Of a DNA stretch of 20,000 nt, positions 8,598 through 18,069 are shown piece after piece (positions within the stretch are counted from its first letter, which is position 1; each line of letters opens with the position of its first letter). The DNA comes from an uncultured Methanosarcinales archaeon. GTDB taxonomy: Archaea; Nanobdellota; Nanobdellia; Woesearchaeales; UBA12501. The translations under genes were made by a program, and so were the position numbers. The stretch covers positions 49,466-69,465 of the forward strand of contig CAYNHV010000005.1 of NCBI GenBank assembly GCA_964397315.1, written 5' to 3'. The notes under the pieces were generated by a model that made no database searches, was not told the origin of the DNA, and saw nothing but the letters and a program-made list of their open reading frames with translations.

Positions 8598-11500
8598 CTA
8601 CTCGTCACACTCAGGAGTCTCCATGTCCAGCGCCTGCGTGCACACTCCGCTCTGCAAGTCAAGAAGATCCTCATTCTCGCTTATCTGCTCAAAAGTGGCC
8701 ACAAGCGACATCACCTTGGGTGCAATCTTCAGGACTCTACATGTAGCATCTATATAAGGATGCGTCACTGCGCAGAACCACACCAGCCCCATAGCCAGAA
8801 GAAAAGCCATGGGATTCATCAGGATCTGAATGATTGCCTGTAATGCCTGCCTCACAAGATTTGCAAAAGGAATGAGCTGGAATATCTCTCCCCAGATGAA
8901 TATGCACCACTGGTAATCCCTGAGAGTGGTGCACATTGAAGGGGGAACTCCTGCAGGAACATACGCTTTCAGGCAGAGCAGGTACTGGCACTCTATCTCC
9001 ATCATCTTGTTCATGTTTATTATTATGCCAGGAATGCATACATACAGGATGCTTAATACTATGCTGTCCCTGGGATTGCCCCATAAGGGGCCTGTTGCGC
9101 TGTCCATGCTTGTTTCTGAAAGGCCTGCTGCCTCACCCAGGCCGGGGTGGCTTGCACTAAACTCCCCCAGTCCTGCTTCTGTGCTGCTGAACACACCGTC
9201 ACTGAGCCTGTCGAATGTATTGCCCACGCCCACTCCGCACCATGCGTCCACTGCTGCATTACCATCACCACCACTATCACCATCACCACCATCGCATAAC
9301 ACGGTCTTGCACGCTATGAAGTCGCAGAATGTGTTGAATGCTGTGAATGTTGAAGTGTCAGTAGCTTCTCCTGATGCTGCAAGAATGCTGAAGAACCAGG
9401 CTATCGGAGCCAGAAGGGTGCCTGCAAGCCATGATGTTGCTGCATTAAGCCCTGTGAGGAGCGTGTAAATCTCAAACATTGTCTTCACTGTCTGGCAAAG
9501 CAGCTGCGAAAGCTCCACCAGGTTGTTCAGCACAGTCCACCACTCACTCATCTCAACAAGCCAGCCTTCCTCCACATCCTCAATCTTCTCGCAAATGATG
9601 CTGTGCACCTCGTCATAGGCAAGAGTGCCTATGCTCATGGTGATGTTCTCCCTTTCAGGGTTTGACAGCATGCCATTGTACAGTGTTGTCAAAGTGAGAG
9701 AGCAGTTGAAATTAAGGGGGTCAACATCAATGGCTCCTGTGTAAAGCCCTACCTTGATCCACCTTTCTGTGGAGTTGGGCATGAAGTTCAGCATGTACGT
9801 GTTGCTGATGTCAGCATAATCATCAAAGTGCCAGCCGCAGGTTCTTGGGTCAAAGGACGCCCTGGCAAGCTCAACTCCGGGAACTTTAGGGGCAAGCTCT
9901 ATCTTGAACCAGATGTCATGGCCCACAATCATTGTTGTTGAGGAGTCCACAAAGCTTGGCTGGGAGCCTACAACCGCAGCATCCCAGTAGTCAGGGGTCT
10001 GGTTTCCCCCTCCGGGGTAGATGCGCACTCCAGTGAGGGGAAGCATGAACCACTCGCCAGAGCCCACATTGTATGTCTCTATGAAGAACTCGTCAACCTT
10101 CCTTGTGGGGGCTTTGGTGTTTCCCATTATGTCAGAGATGTTAAGCCACACCTTGAAGTCGCCCTCCTGGACGTTCATGAGCTCCCATGTGCAGTTCCAC
10201 AGCCTGTTGCCTGCGCCGCTTCTCGCGCCTGAATGCCAGCAGTCAGTTGCAGGAAGCCACATTCCGCTTGAGGTCCTGAATTTCGCAAAGACATTAAAGT
10301 CTCCGTCATCGTTCTTCAGCGCAGTGTTATCCTCTATCATCGCCCTCATAAGCATGTCATCCCCGCCCACAAAGAACGGCGCACCTTCCCTTGCTATGTT
10401 TCTTATGCTGACATTAAGAAGAGAGGGCTTTGAGTCATCATAAATCAGGGTTTCTGAGTAGGGGCTGAGCCGGTTTCCTGAATCATCAGAGCCTGTTATG
10501 GACACGCCAGCGTCTCCTGCAAGGCTCACATTGAACACTGTGCAGCGCCACTCCTCGCCCCCCATGCTGGTGCAGTTTGCGCTGTTGTTATAATCATTCT
10601 GCGCCCCTGACACTGATATTATAATGTTGCTTCCTGCAAGGCCGGCACCTGTGTCGTTTATCACTGCGGTGATATTGTTGAAGCCCGGAGCCACGTATCC
10701 TGTGTTGTTGTAGCTGTAATCAGTGAGCACGGCCTCAACCTCAGGAGCTGCTGAATCCTCTCCAAGGGATATCTGCTTTGTTGTTGACACCTTGTTTCCG
10801 CCGTCATCAGTGACAGTCACTTTTACAGAGCCTTCAACCTCTGACCTCATAACCGGAAGGTCTTTCACGCACTTGTATTCTGTTGTTGTCCTGCTTGTGC
10901 AGTCAAGCAGGGAGTCCTGGGAAAGCCCGAACATGGAGAGGTCTGCAACCGCGCTCTTTATGCCGAAGTACTCTGACGCTGTGGCCTCAACAACAAACTT
11001 TGCCCTTGTGCCTGCAGGGCTTATGTAGCTTATGGGCGCTGTTCCGCTCTCGTCATAAACGCCTGCAGCATCAATAACAGGCTGGGTGTCATCCTTTCTT
11101 ATCTCAACACACTTTGAGCCTGCACTTTCCTGGTCCAGCAGGTCATACGCCTTGAGGCATATTGTATGCACGCCGTTGCTCAGGGATGAGAGTGAGAAAT
11201 CATCTATTGTCCCGCTTTTTGAGCAGTCCTCTGAGTTTATGTCATCTGAGTGGAGGGATGTGCCGTCAAGCTTTGTTATCTCAATCCTGCTTATTCCTGA
11301 GCAGTAGTCTGAGGCTGTTGCGCCGAGCCTGTCCTTCACGCTGTATGAGGCAGATAGGCCTGTGCCTGTAGTGTTTCTGGGGCTTATGTCAAAGCTCTCA
11401 AGCAGGGGCCCGAATCCGTCAACAAGAATGTAAGAGCTTGCCCTGCAGTTCTGGTCGCTGCAGGATGAGCAGTCATTGGAGCAGCAGTTTCCTCCTCCTC

Positions 11501-11876
11501 CGAGGCAGACATCAAGATTGCGCTTTCCAGGAAATGGTGATGCTGTGAGGGAGTAAGAGCATGTGTAAGGAGGCCCGCCTCCTGGCTGGCCTGTGCAGCT
11601 GGTGAAGCTCCAGAACTCATAACTGCCGGGGTATGAGAGATGGAGCGCGTCTGCCAAAGCTGATGCCTCAACATGCTCGCCCGGAGTTACCTGCGCCTCA
11701 ACCTGAACTGTGTCGCCTGCCTTTGCAACATTCTCTATGCCGTCACTCCCTTTTATGCTCTCTATATTGACATTGCCTGAGACAGCGTAAACATTTGAGA
11801 CATAGAAGGGTATGGTTATGACTAGGAAGCTCATGAAGATTGCAAGTGTCTTCAGTATCTCCGGCTTGATTTTCAT
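8598..11876 (-). CDS. 1092-aa surface protein: signal/TM segment, Ig-like repeats, Cys-rich helical C-terminal domain with hydrophobic segments; paralog of <1..3509
   Basis: Hydrophobic N-terminus; Ig-type linkers DGFGP, DDTQP, DSAAP, DDSKP and DDGGN, DDSGN, DIMGN; C-terminal FCDFIAC and NPRDSIVLSILYVCIPGI; hydrophobic AIIQILMNPMAFLLAMGLVWFC. Confidence 0.88.
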   Translation of the reverse strand: MKIKPEILKTLAIFMSFLVITIPFYVSNVYAVSGNVNIESIKGSDGIENVAKAGDTVQVEAQVTPGEHVEASALADALHLSYPGSYEFWSFTSCTGQPGGGPPYTCSYSLTASPFPGKRNLDVCLGGGGNCCSNDCSSCSDQNCRASSYILVDGFGPLLESFDISPRNTTGTGLSASYSVKDRLGATASDYCSGISRIEITKLDGTSLHSDDINSEDCSKSGTIDDFSLSSLSNGVHTICLKAYDLLDQESAGSKCVEIRKDDTQPVIDAAGVYDESGTAPISYISPAGTRAKFVVEATASEYFGIKSAVADLSMFGLSQDSLLDCTSRTTTEYKCVKDLPVMRSEVEGSVKVTVTDDGGNKVSTTKQISLGEDSAAPEVEAVLTDYSYNNTGYVAPGFNNITAVINDTGAGLAGSNIIISVSGAQNDYNNSANCTSMGGEEWRCTVFNVSLAGDAGVSITGSDDSGNRLSPYSETLIYDDSKPSLLNVSIRNIAREGAPFFVGGDDMLMRAMIEDNTALKNDDGDFNVFAKFRTSSGMWLPATDCWHSGARSGAGNRLWNCTWELMNVQEGDFKVWLNISDIMGNTKAPTRKVDEFFIETYNVGSGEWFMLPLTGVRIYPGGGNQTPDYWDAAVVGSQPSFVDSSTTMIVGHDIWFKIELAPKVPGVELARASFDPRTCGWHFDDYADISNTYMLNFMPNSTERWIKVGLYTGAIDVDPLNFNCSLTLTTLYNGMLSNPERENITMSIGTLAYDEVHSIICEKIEDVEEGWLVEMSEWWTVLNNLVELSQLLCQTVKTMFEIYTLLTGLNAATSWLAGTLLAPIAWFFSILAASGEATDTSTFTAFNTFCDFIACKTVLCDGGDGDSGGDGNAAVDAWCGVGVGNTFDRLSDGVFSSTEAGLGEFSASHPGLGEAAGLSETSMDSATGPLWGNPRDSIVLSILYVCIPGIIINMNKMMEIECQYLLCLKAYVPAGVPPSMCTTLRDYQWCIFIWGEIFQLIPFANLVRQALQAIIQILMNPMAFLLAMGLVWFCAVTHPYIDATCRVLKIAPKVMSLVATFEQISENEDLLDLQSGVCTQALDMETPECDE

Positions 11877-11932
11877 TGTTCTTCCCTGCTTTTTCCTTAA
11901 TGAATTAACATGAATCTTTAAATTTTATTGGT

Positions 11933-14131
11933 TCATCCTGAGCTGACAAACCTGGGCTGGAGCAGCTCCGCGTTTGCAGGGGCTATTTTTGAGTTAATCT
12001 GCGTCAGCCCCTGAAGGTCGCTGTGCTTCCTGTCCCCCTGGGGAACACCCCTGATGTTGAAGTTGAGGGCTGTGAGCTCAAGGTCAGTGTCATTAACATT
12101 CACGTACAGCTCATTGCCTATCACAACATTCAGCTTGTATTCTCCCTCAAAAAGGGGGCTGTTGTATGAGAGGTTTATTGGATCTATTGTCTCGCACTCC
12201 TCATCATCAGGAGGGCACACAGTTGTGCACTTGCATATCTCATCCTCTGGTATTATCACTGTGGTGTTATCCCTCAGGAGAATGACCTGCAGGGAATAGT
12301 TGCCTGGTATGAGCCTCATCCTTCCCTTGTGCGTCCTGTTTATGTCTCCCCCTCCCATGACCTCGTCATCAAACTGGCTTTCCTTCTTTCTCTGCATCAC
12401 CACGCCCGCGTGCTCCTTGCTGTCAGGCCTTCTTCTTCCAGGAGTGAGCACCCACTCATACTGTGGAATATAGTTTTCATATGTCAGCTCTTTATCAATG
12501 TCCATGATCTTGATGGTCACGTTCTTGACAACATACCTGGGCATTCTTATTATCCCAATGTCTTTTGGCTCTTCTGATGCCATGAAATATGGCTTGTGGC
12601 CTGTTGCATAATCCATGTGCTTCAGCACAACCGAGCCTAGAGCTCCTGTAGGGAACTTGCCTTCAAAGTTGCCCTCCTCGTCTGTCTCTCCTATGACGCA
12701 GGAGGTGGTTCCAGAGCTGAACATCACAACAGCGTCCTTGACAGGCTGGCCGAGACTGTCTCTCGCCTTTAAGCTGACAGGCGCGCTGTCCCTGTACTTC
12801 TCAAGGCAGAGCTGCTGAGAGGGCTCCCCCCTTGCCACGCTCTTCAGCTGGACAGACTTTGCGGTAAATGGCTGGTTGTTTCTTATGTTGCTTTCTAATG
12901 CAAAGAAGAAGTCATAACCCTCTCCCATGAACGCGCTGGGGTCATGAAGGTTTACCATCACCGGAAATGAAAGGTCATAAGGGGTATCATACTTTTTGAC
13001 AGGGAATATAAGGGACACAAAAGGCACTGTGATGCCGTCCCTTGGCCCGACCATGGCGCTGTCTGTAAGGTAAAGGTATATCGGCCATCCAAAGTAGTTG
13101 AAGTTCACGTCAATGTGGCCTACAAACTCTTCCTGGTCCTGCAGGGGAATCACCATTCCGCTGTAAAGGCCTGTCTTGATGTCCTCTCCCTCAAAGTAGG
13201 GAAGCTCAAACCCTCTTGTCCTTGTGGCCTGAAGGGCATTAACGTATATTGAGAGGATCTCCTTCAGCTTCTTCTCAACATCAGACATAAGCCATCTCTC
13301 TGCTGTGAAGCTGAAGTCAGTTCCTGTGACAGGAGGCAGATCCCTGTCAAGCCCTGAATAGATTGATATGAGGTTGAGGGCGTGAGTCTCAAGCGCGTTG
13401 CCGTCGCTCTCTGTTCTTCTTATCTCGTCTGCAAGGCGGTATATCCTGTCAAGGTCAATTGCGTAATCAGCAGAGAAGAGCGAGATTGTTGATGTTCCTC
13501 CCTCCCATGATGCTTCCAGGGGATATTCAACCTTTATGGACACGTCATTCCTTGCTATTGTTGTCTCTGCCTTTACGCCACTTGTATTCCTTATATTGAT
13601 CCCTTTCTCCCTGAATGATCTCAGGCCTGCTGCCATGCACTTGGGAAGATTAACCTGCACATACCTGTCAATCTGCTCCTCTATTGAGTTCTCGCCGTCA
13701 TCTCTTCTGAGGGGCGGCTGCTGAAGGTCAAAGCTGCACTTGCCCCTGCAGTCATTGGACGAGCTCATGTGCCACCAGTAGGGGATGTGCCATCCTTCTG
13801 ACATCCTCAATGCATCATGCTCTGTGGGGTTTCTTCCTGAATGGTCTATGCTGAATGTGGTATGGGTGTATTTCGTGGATGCTTCAGGGGACAATCCAAT
13901 GTAGCCGCCATGCCTGCCTGCCATCCTTATTGCCTGCTTTCCTGTCTCTTTAAGACATTCCTGAACATAGCTCTTGACAGGCTGAAGCTCAAGAGGAACT
14001 TCCTCGGTGAGTCTCTCAGTCTCATCCTCTTTTGCCTCCCTTAACTGGAGAAAGAGCATGATAACAACAGAGAAGAGGATTATAATGCCTATTATGATAA
14101 AGATTGTGGTCTGTCCCTTTTTTGACTGCAT
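11933..14131 (-). CDS. About 732-aa protein with class III (prepilin-like) signal peptide and C-terminal beta-sandwich region; paralog of 3624..5588
   Basis: Preferred start ATG 14131: MQSKKG|QTTIFIIIGIIILFSVVIMLFL. Motifs PVKSYVQECL, GRHGGYI, IPYW, DPSAFMGEGY; segment VSLKARDSLGQPVKDAVV...TDEEGNF resembles carboxypeptidase-regulatory-like domains. Confidence 0.85.
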   Translation of the reverse strand: MQSKKGQTTIFIIIGIIILFSVVIMLFLQLREAKEDETERLTEEVPLELQPVKSYVQECLKETGKQAIRMAGRHGGYIGLSPEASTKYTHTTFSIDHSGRNPTEHDALRMSEGWHIPYWWHMSSSNDCRGKCSFDLQQPPLRRDDGENSIEEQIDRYVQVNLPKCMAAGLRSFREKGINIRNTSGVKAETTIARNDVSIKVEYPLEASWEGGTSTISLFSADYAIDLDRIYRLADEIRRTESDGNALETHALNLISIYSGLDRDLPPVTGTDFSFTAERWLMSDVEKKLKEILSIYVNALQATRTRGFELPYFEGEDIKTGLYSGMVIPLQDQEEFVGHIDVNFNYFGWPIYLYLTDSAMVGPRDGITVPFVSLIFPVKKYDTPYDLSFPVMVNLHDPSAFMGEGYDFFFALESNIRNNQPFTAKSVQLKSVARGEPSQQLCLEKYRDSAPVSLKARDSLGQPVKDAVVMFSSGTTSCVIGETDEEGNFEGKFPTGALGSVVLKHMDYATGHKPYFMASEEPKDIGIIRMPRYVVKNVTIKIMDIDKELTYENYIPQYEWVLTPGRRRPDSKEHAGVVMQRKKESQFDDEVMGGGDINRTHKGRMRLIPGNYSLQVILLRDNTTVIIPEDEICKCTTVCPPDDEECETIDPINLSYNSPLFEGEYKLNVVIGNELYVNVNDTDLELTALNFNIRGVPQGDRKHSDLQGLTQINSKIAPANAELLQPRFVSSG

Positions 14132-14219
14132 CTTAACCCCTTTTGTGAACAAAACAGGCGTGAAACAAGCGAACCCGCGCGCCTCTGCAACCCTTGTGGG
14201 GCTGATTATTCTATATTTT

Positions 14220-14227
14220 TATATAAA
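14220..14227 (-). promoter_or_regulatory. Candidate TATA box for the 14131 to 6409 surface-protein operon
   Basis: Minus strand GCAAAC-TTTATATA, about 90 nt upstream of ATG 14131; downstream intergenic gaps are only 56, 12 and 38 nt. Confidence 0.5.
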
Positions 14228-14335
14228 GTTTGCGGTAGAAATGCATGGGAATGAGAGGAAAAGGGAGATAGTGTGGGTTAATGCTGATAGCTCCAGGTAC
14301 TTCCCTCCCTAAAGAAACCGATATTTTAATTTTTA

Positions 14336-14550
14336 TTGAAAATGGTGCAAAACCATTTTCAAAAGGGTTTAATACCCCGCGCACTTTAGTGCATCTGCAC
14401 CATTTTCAAGACTAAAAATTTGACCATCTAAAATGCAAGTCCGTAAATACTTTGAGCTTTGCTCAAAGGGGAAGACATCCTTTGGATGTCGACACTCCAA
14501 CCTTTAGGTTGGGGATAGGACTTGCTTATAAGATAATGGTCAAATTTTTA
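14336..14550. repeat. Two adjacent nested inverted-repeat elements (multi-stem structure)
   Basis: 14336-14349 pairs with 14396-14409 (14 bp); 14413-14427 with 14536-14550 (15 bp); 14435-14442 with 14518-14525; three enclosed hairpins at 14450-14468, 14474-14490, 14497-14512. Confidence 0.75.
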
Positions 14551-14973
14551 TTATAACTCCAGATTCTTCCCTCCCTTTTTCCACAAATACCTCACAGGTT
14601 TTTTCCTTCTGAAACTTCATAACTCCCAGCTCCTGCTTCCAATAAGCCCGCCCAGCAATATGCTAAAAACCCGGGGATGGGTTTGTGCTCTGAAGTTGTG
14701 TATTGGAGCGGCTTGGAGGGCGAATCAGTTGTAGAGCTGGACAGGGAGGCGGCAATATTTGGAGGATTAATTAACACAATATCAGAAATCAGGAGGATTT
14801 GCCCGCTTCAAGCAGGAGCAGGTATATTCTGGAGGAATTACTAAAATTAACACATTTCTTTGAGGCGGCAACTACTGGAAAAATTACCAGATTTACATCA
14901 AGCCTATAGCGCATTTAGCATAACTCAATAGAAAACTCAACAGAAAGAATCATAACAGCTTAGCCAGTAAAAG

Positions 14974-15381
14974 TCAATAATGCATTTCATCATTGTCATA
15001 TATGTCCGTGCATTCAGGATCCTCTGGATAATCAACTCTCCCGTCTCCGTCATTGTCAATTCCGTCATTGCACTGGTGGTTTGTCTCAGTGGAAACTTCA
15101 GAGCCACAGCCATACTGCATTGCCGCCATTGGCGCTGTGGAGCCGAAGAAAAATGCTGCATAAGCAAGCCTTCTTACATCAGGCTTTTTTAGTGATCTTC
15201 CTATTGGCGTGAGCTCTGCATCATAGAACATATGAGACCCCACAACTGCTTCATTAAGCTTTTTCTTGATGCTGTCAACAGCCCTTGTATAAGTATGCCT
15301 GACTTTTGAGCCAAGGTCCCCAGGCCTTTCCAGGCCTTCAGAATCCTGCTGTGCCATGCTGTCCAGATTATAGTCTTCCAT
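14974..15381 (-). CDS. 135-aa single-TM protein with C-terminal acidic Cys-containing, probably Ca-binding, motif
   Basis: Hydrophobic LAYAAFFFGSTAPMAAM; C-terminal QCNDGIDNDGDGRVDYPEDPEC; TATA box TTTATATA at 15404-15411, 23 nt from the ATG. Confidence 0.75.
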   Translation of the reverse strand: MEDYNLDSMAQQDSEGLERPGDLGSKVRHTYTRAVDSIKKKLNEAVVGSHMFYDAELTPIGRSLKKPDVRRLAYAAFFFGSTAPMAAMQYGCGSEVSTETNHQCNDGIDNDGDGRVDYPEDPECTDIYDNDEMHY

Positions 15382-15444
15382 AGGGGGCGTAAAACAGAAC
15401 TAATATATAAATGTTTCTATTTTTATTCACTATATAGTAATAAA

Positions 15445-17550
15445 TCAGCTGACCTTTCCCTTCTCCAGATCAACCCTCACCTCTGACTTGCCTGCCCTGA
15501 GAGGCTCTCCCTTGTAATACACCCTGCCGTGGCTTATGGTGAGCTTCACCTTGTTGAAGTCGTCAATTCCCACCTCCTTGTCAGGCTGGGGCTCAATTCC
15601 ATTCACAAAAACGCTTGCGCCGGGCTCCTCATCAGACTCAAGAATCCTGACATTCCTTCTGTCATCCCCTGCAAGAAGCATTCCTGCAGAGGTCTCTCCC
15701 TTGAGCTTTGCAGGCCTGAGGTTCTTCACAATGACAATATTTTTCCCCTCAATCTCCTCAGGAGAGTAATGGCCTGCAAGCCCTGCCACAATCTGCCGCT
15801 TCTCAGAGCCAATGTCAACCTGCATTATGAGCAGCTTGTCTGCATCAGGATGCTTCCTGGCCTCAACAACCCTTGCTGTCCTGAGGTCAAGCAGGGCAAG
15901 AGGGTCTTTTACTGCTATGCTCTCAAGCTCATCCCCTATCTTGCTGATCAGTATTTCCGCTTTCCCGAGCTTCCGGCTCTCCAGCTTCTTTCCCAGGCAG
16001 TCCCAGCTCTGCTCTTCCAGGTTAAGCTGCTTTTCAATGCCTGCTGAAAATCTTGGAAGCACCGGCTTTATGAGTATTGAGATTTCCTTCACAAGGTTGA
16101 CGCAGAATGAAACAACCTCTTTCATTCTCTTCCATTCATCGCTGTCTTTTTCTTTTTTTGCAAGCTCCCACGGCTTGTTGTCCTGGAAGTACTTGTTGCC
16201 TACTGAGCCTGCCTCAAGGATAAGGCTCACTGCCCTCCTGAAATTGTATGACCTGTACGCTTCTTTTATCTCATCATACTTCTGCCTGAGCTTCTCCTCC
16301 AGCTCAGGCTCGCTGAATGCTTCTGTCTCTGAGCCGAGATTTTTCTCTGCAAAGCTCACCACCCTGTAGGTGAAGTTTCCCAGGTCAGCCACAAGCTTGT
16401 TGTTAATGCTGCTCCTGAAATCCTCAAAGTCAAGGTCAATGTCGCCCTCTGACTTTGTGAGGTTTGACGCGTAATAGAACCTCAGGTATTCGGGATCAAG
16501 AGCCTTCAGGTAATCCCTTGCAGTGAAGAAAGTTCCCCTTGACTTGGACATCTTCTCCTTGTTTACGGTGAGGAAACCGTGCACCACAATGTCCTCAGGA
16601 AGAGAGAAGCCTGAGTTCATGAGCATGGCCGGCCAGAAAAGAAAGTGGAAGTAGATTATGTCCTTGCCTATGAAATGGATTATCCTGCCGTGCTTCCAGT
16701 AATCCTCAACCTTCTCCTTTCCCTTCATTATGTTCCTGCAGTAATTCTCTGTTGAGGAGATATACCCTACAGGCGCGTCAAGCCACACGTAATAATAGAG
16801 GTCCTTCTCTCCAGGGATGTTGAAGCCGAAGTAAGGGCCGTCCCTTGTTATGTCCCAGTCCCGCAAACCTTCTTTTATCCAGCCCAGCACGTAGTTCCTC
16901 ACCTCAGGCTGGAGGTTCCTGTTGCTGTTAAGCCATTCCCTGAGGTCATCAGCGCATGAGCTGAGCCTGAAGAAGTAATGCTCTGAGGATCTTGTTGTCG
17001 GGGGCGAGCCGCATATGGCGCAGTAAGGCTCTGCAAGGTCTGTTGTGGAGTATGTTGCATTGCACTTCTCGCACACGTCTCCATACTGGTCGTCAGCCCC
17101 GCACTTTGGGCATTTTCCCTTCACATACCTGTCAGGAAGGAACCTGTTGCATTTGGGACAGTAGATGAGCTCAACCTTTTTCTTGTATATGAGCCCGTTC
17201 TCCCTGAGCCTTGTGAAGATGAGGTCGCTGAATCTCTTGTTCTCCTCTGAGTTTGTTGAGTGGTAGCTGTCAAAGCTTATGAGAAACTCATTGAAGTCCT
17301 TAAGATGCTCCTCATGCATCTGGTTTATGAGATAAGTGGGGGGGATGCCCTTTTTCATGGCAGCAATCTCAATAGGAGTTCCGTGGGTGTCGTCAGCGCA
17401 GCAGTAGATGGCCTTCTCTCTGGTGAGCCTGAGGAACCTCACAAAGATGTCTGTCTGGATGTACTCCACCATGTGGCCTATGTGGAGCGGGCCGTTGGCG
17501 TAAGGCAGAGCTGATGTCACAACAGTCTTCTTTTGTGTTTTCTTCTGCAT
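15445..17550 (-). CDS. metG: Methionyl-tRNA synthetase with C-terminal tRNA-binding OB (Trbp111/EMAP-like) domain
   Basis: TSALPYANGPLHIGH, zinc knuckles CPKC/CPKC/CEKC/CAIC, YYVWLDAPVGY, KMSKS, and HPDADKL...RQIVAGL...NLRPAKLKG. Start 17550 preferred because TTTATATA lies at 17574-17581. Confidence 0.97.
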   Translation of the reverse strand: MQKKTQKKTVVTSALPYANGPLHIGHMVEYIQTDIFVRFLRLTREKAIYCCADDTHGTPIEIAAMKKGIPPTYLINQMHEEHLKDFNEFLISFDSYHSTNSEENKRFSDLIFTRLRENGLIYKKKVELIYCPKCNRFLPDRYVKGKCPKCGADDQYGDVCEKCNATYSTTDLAEPYCAICGSPPTTRSSEHYFFRLSSCADDLREWLNSNRNLQPEVRNYVLGWIKEGLRDWDITRDGPYFGFNIPGEKDLYYYVWLDAPVGYISSTENYCRNIMKGKEKVEDYWKHGRIIHFIGKDIIYFHFLFWPAMLMNSGFSLPEDIVVHGFLTVNKEKMSKSRGTFFTARDYLKALDPEYLRFYYASNLTKSEGDIDLDFEDFRSSINNKLVADLGNFTYRVVSFAEKNLGSETEAFSEPELEEKLRQKYDEIKEAYRSYNFRRAVSLILEAGSVGNKYFQDNKPWELAKKEKDSDEWKRMKEVVSFCVNLVKEISILIKPVLPRFSAGIEKQLNLEEQSWDCLGKKLESRKLGKAEILISKIGDELESIAVKDPLALLDLRTARVVEARKHPDADKLLIMQVDIGSEKRQIVAGLAGHYSPEEIEGKNIVIVKNLRPAKLKGETSAGMLLAGDDRRNVRILESDEEPGASVFVNGIEPQPDKEVGIDDFNKVKLTISHGRVYYKGEPLRAGKSEVRVDLEKGKVS

Positions 17551-17573
17551 AAGGCCCTCAGAGAGGGGTTTTA

Positions 17574-17581
17574 TATATAAA
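17574..17581 (-). promoter_or_regulatory. TATA box of metG (leaderless)
   Basis: TTTATATA on the minus strand, 24 nt from ATG 17550. Confidence 0.7.
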
Positions 17582-17717
17582 GGTTGCCTTATAAATCCTG
17601 CAGGGGTCATAAGGGCTTAGAATGCCTTAGTGTGTGGCAGTGAACGCCTTTCTTCCTCAATCCCGGGAAACAGGCCAACCCCAAAATTTATATAATCAAT
17701 CATACAAGTTTATGATA

Positions 17718-18053
17718 ATGAGACACGGAGAACACCATCAACACCAAAGAAAAAGGATTCATGTTAAGCATGAAAAATATCCACATCCAGATAAAAGGAT
17801 CAAATTGTTGGATCGCGTTTGCATGGTTTTCTCTGTTGTCATGCCCGCAACAACAATTCCTCAAATCTATAAGACCTATGTCTTTCAAGATGCAACAGGT
17901 GTTTCGTTATGGATGTGGGCATTATATTGTTTTGCAGTAGTCCCATGGTTAATTTATGGAATCGTCCATAAGGCAAAACCCATAATAGTTCTTAATATTC
18001 TTTGGTTGATTGTCCAAGTGATTATGATTGTTGGTGTTCTCCTTTATGGTTGA
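17718..18053 (+). CDS. SemiSWEET/PQ-loop family 3-TM transporter with His-rich N-terminus (111 aa)
   Basis: TTIPQIYKTY...DATGVSLWMW...WLIYGIVHKAKPIIVLN; TTTATATA at 17687-17694 supports ATG 17718 (alternative 17712). Confidence 0.85.
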   Translation: MRHGEHHQHQRKRIHVKHEKYPHPDKRIKLLDRVCMVFSVVMPATTIPQIYKTYVFQDATGVSLWMWALYCFAVVPWLIYGIVHKAKPIIVLNILWLIVQVIMIVGVLLYG

Positions 18054-18069
18054 ATGGGTTTTGGCTCAA

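Noticed and set aside
9261..9293. ACCATCACC-type microsatellite
   Set aside because: It simply encodes a Gly/Asp linker (DGGDGDSGGDG) in the 1092-aa protein.
178..13724. Numerous plus-strand ORFs (e.g. 3711..4565, 2380..2919, 8926..9468)
   Set aside because: Antisense shadows of long minus-strand genes, with no recognisable motifs.
14435..14525. tRNA gene (cloverleaf)
   Set aside because: Loops are 3-4 nt; there is no 7-nt anticodon loop, TTC T-loop or D-loop consensus.
14592..14845. Small ORFs 14592..14777 (-) and 14678..14845 (+)
   Set aside because: No motif, promoter or codon support; only short scattered repeats (GAGGCGGCAA, AATTAACACA).
17551..17717. Longer ORF-track starts for metG (17610) and SemiSWEET (17634)
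   Set aside because: Both extensions run through the TATA boxes and add non-conserved residues.
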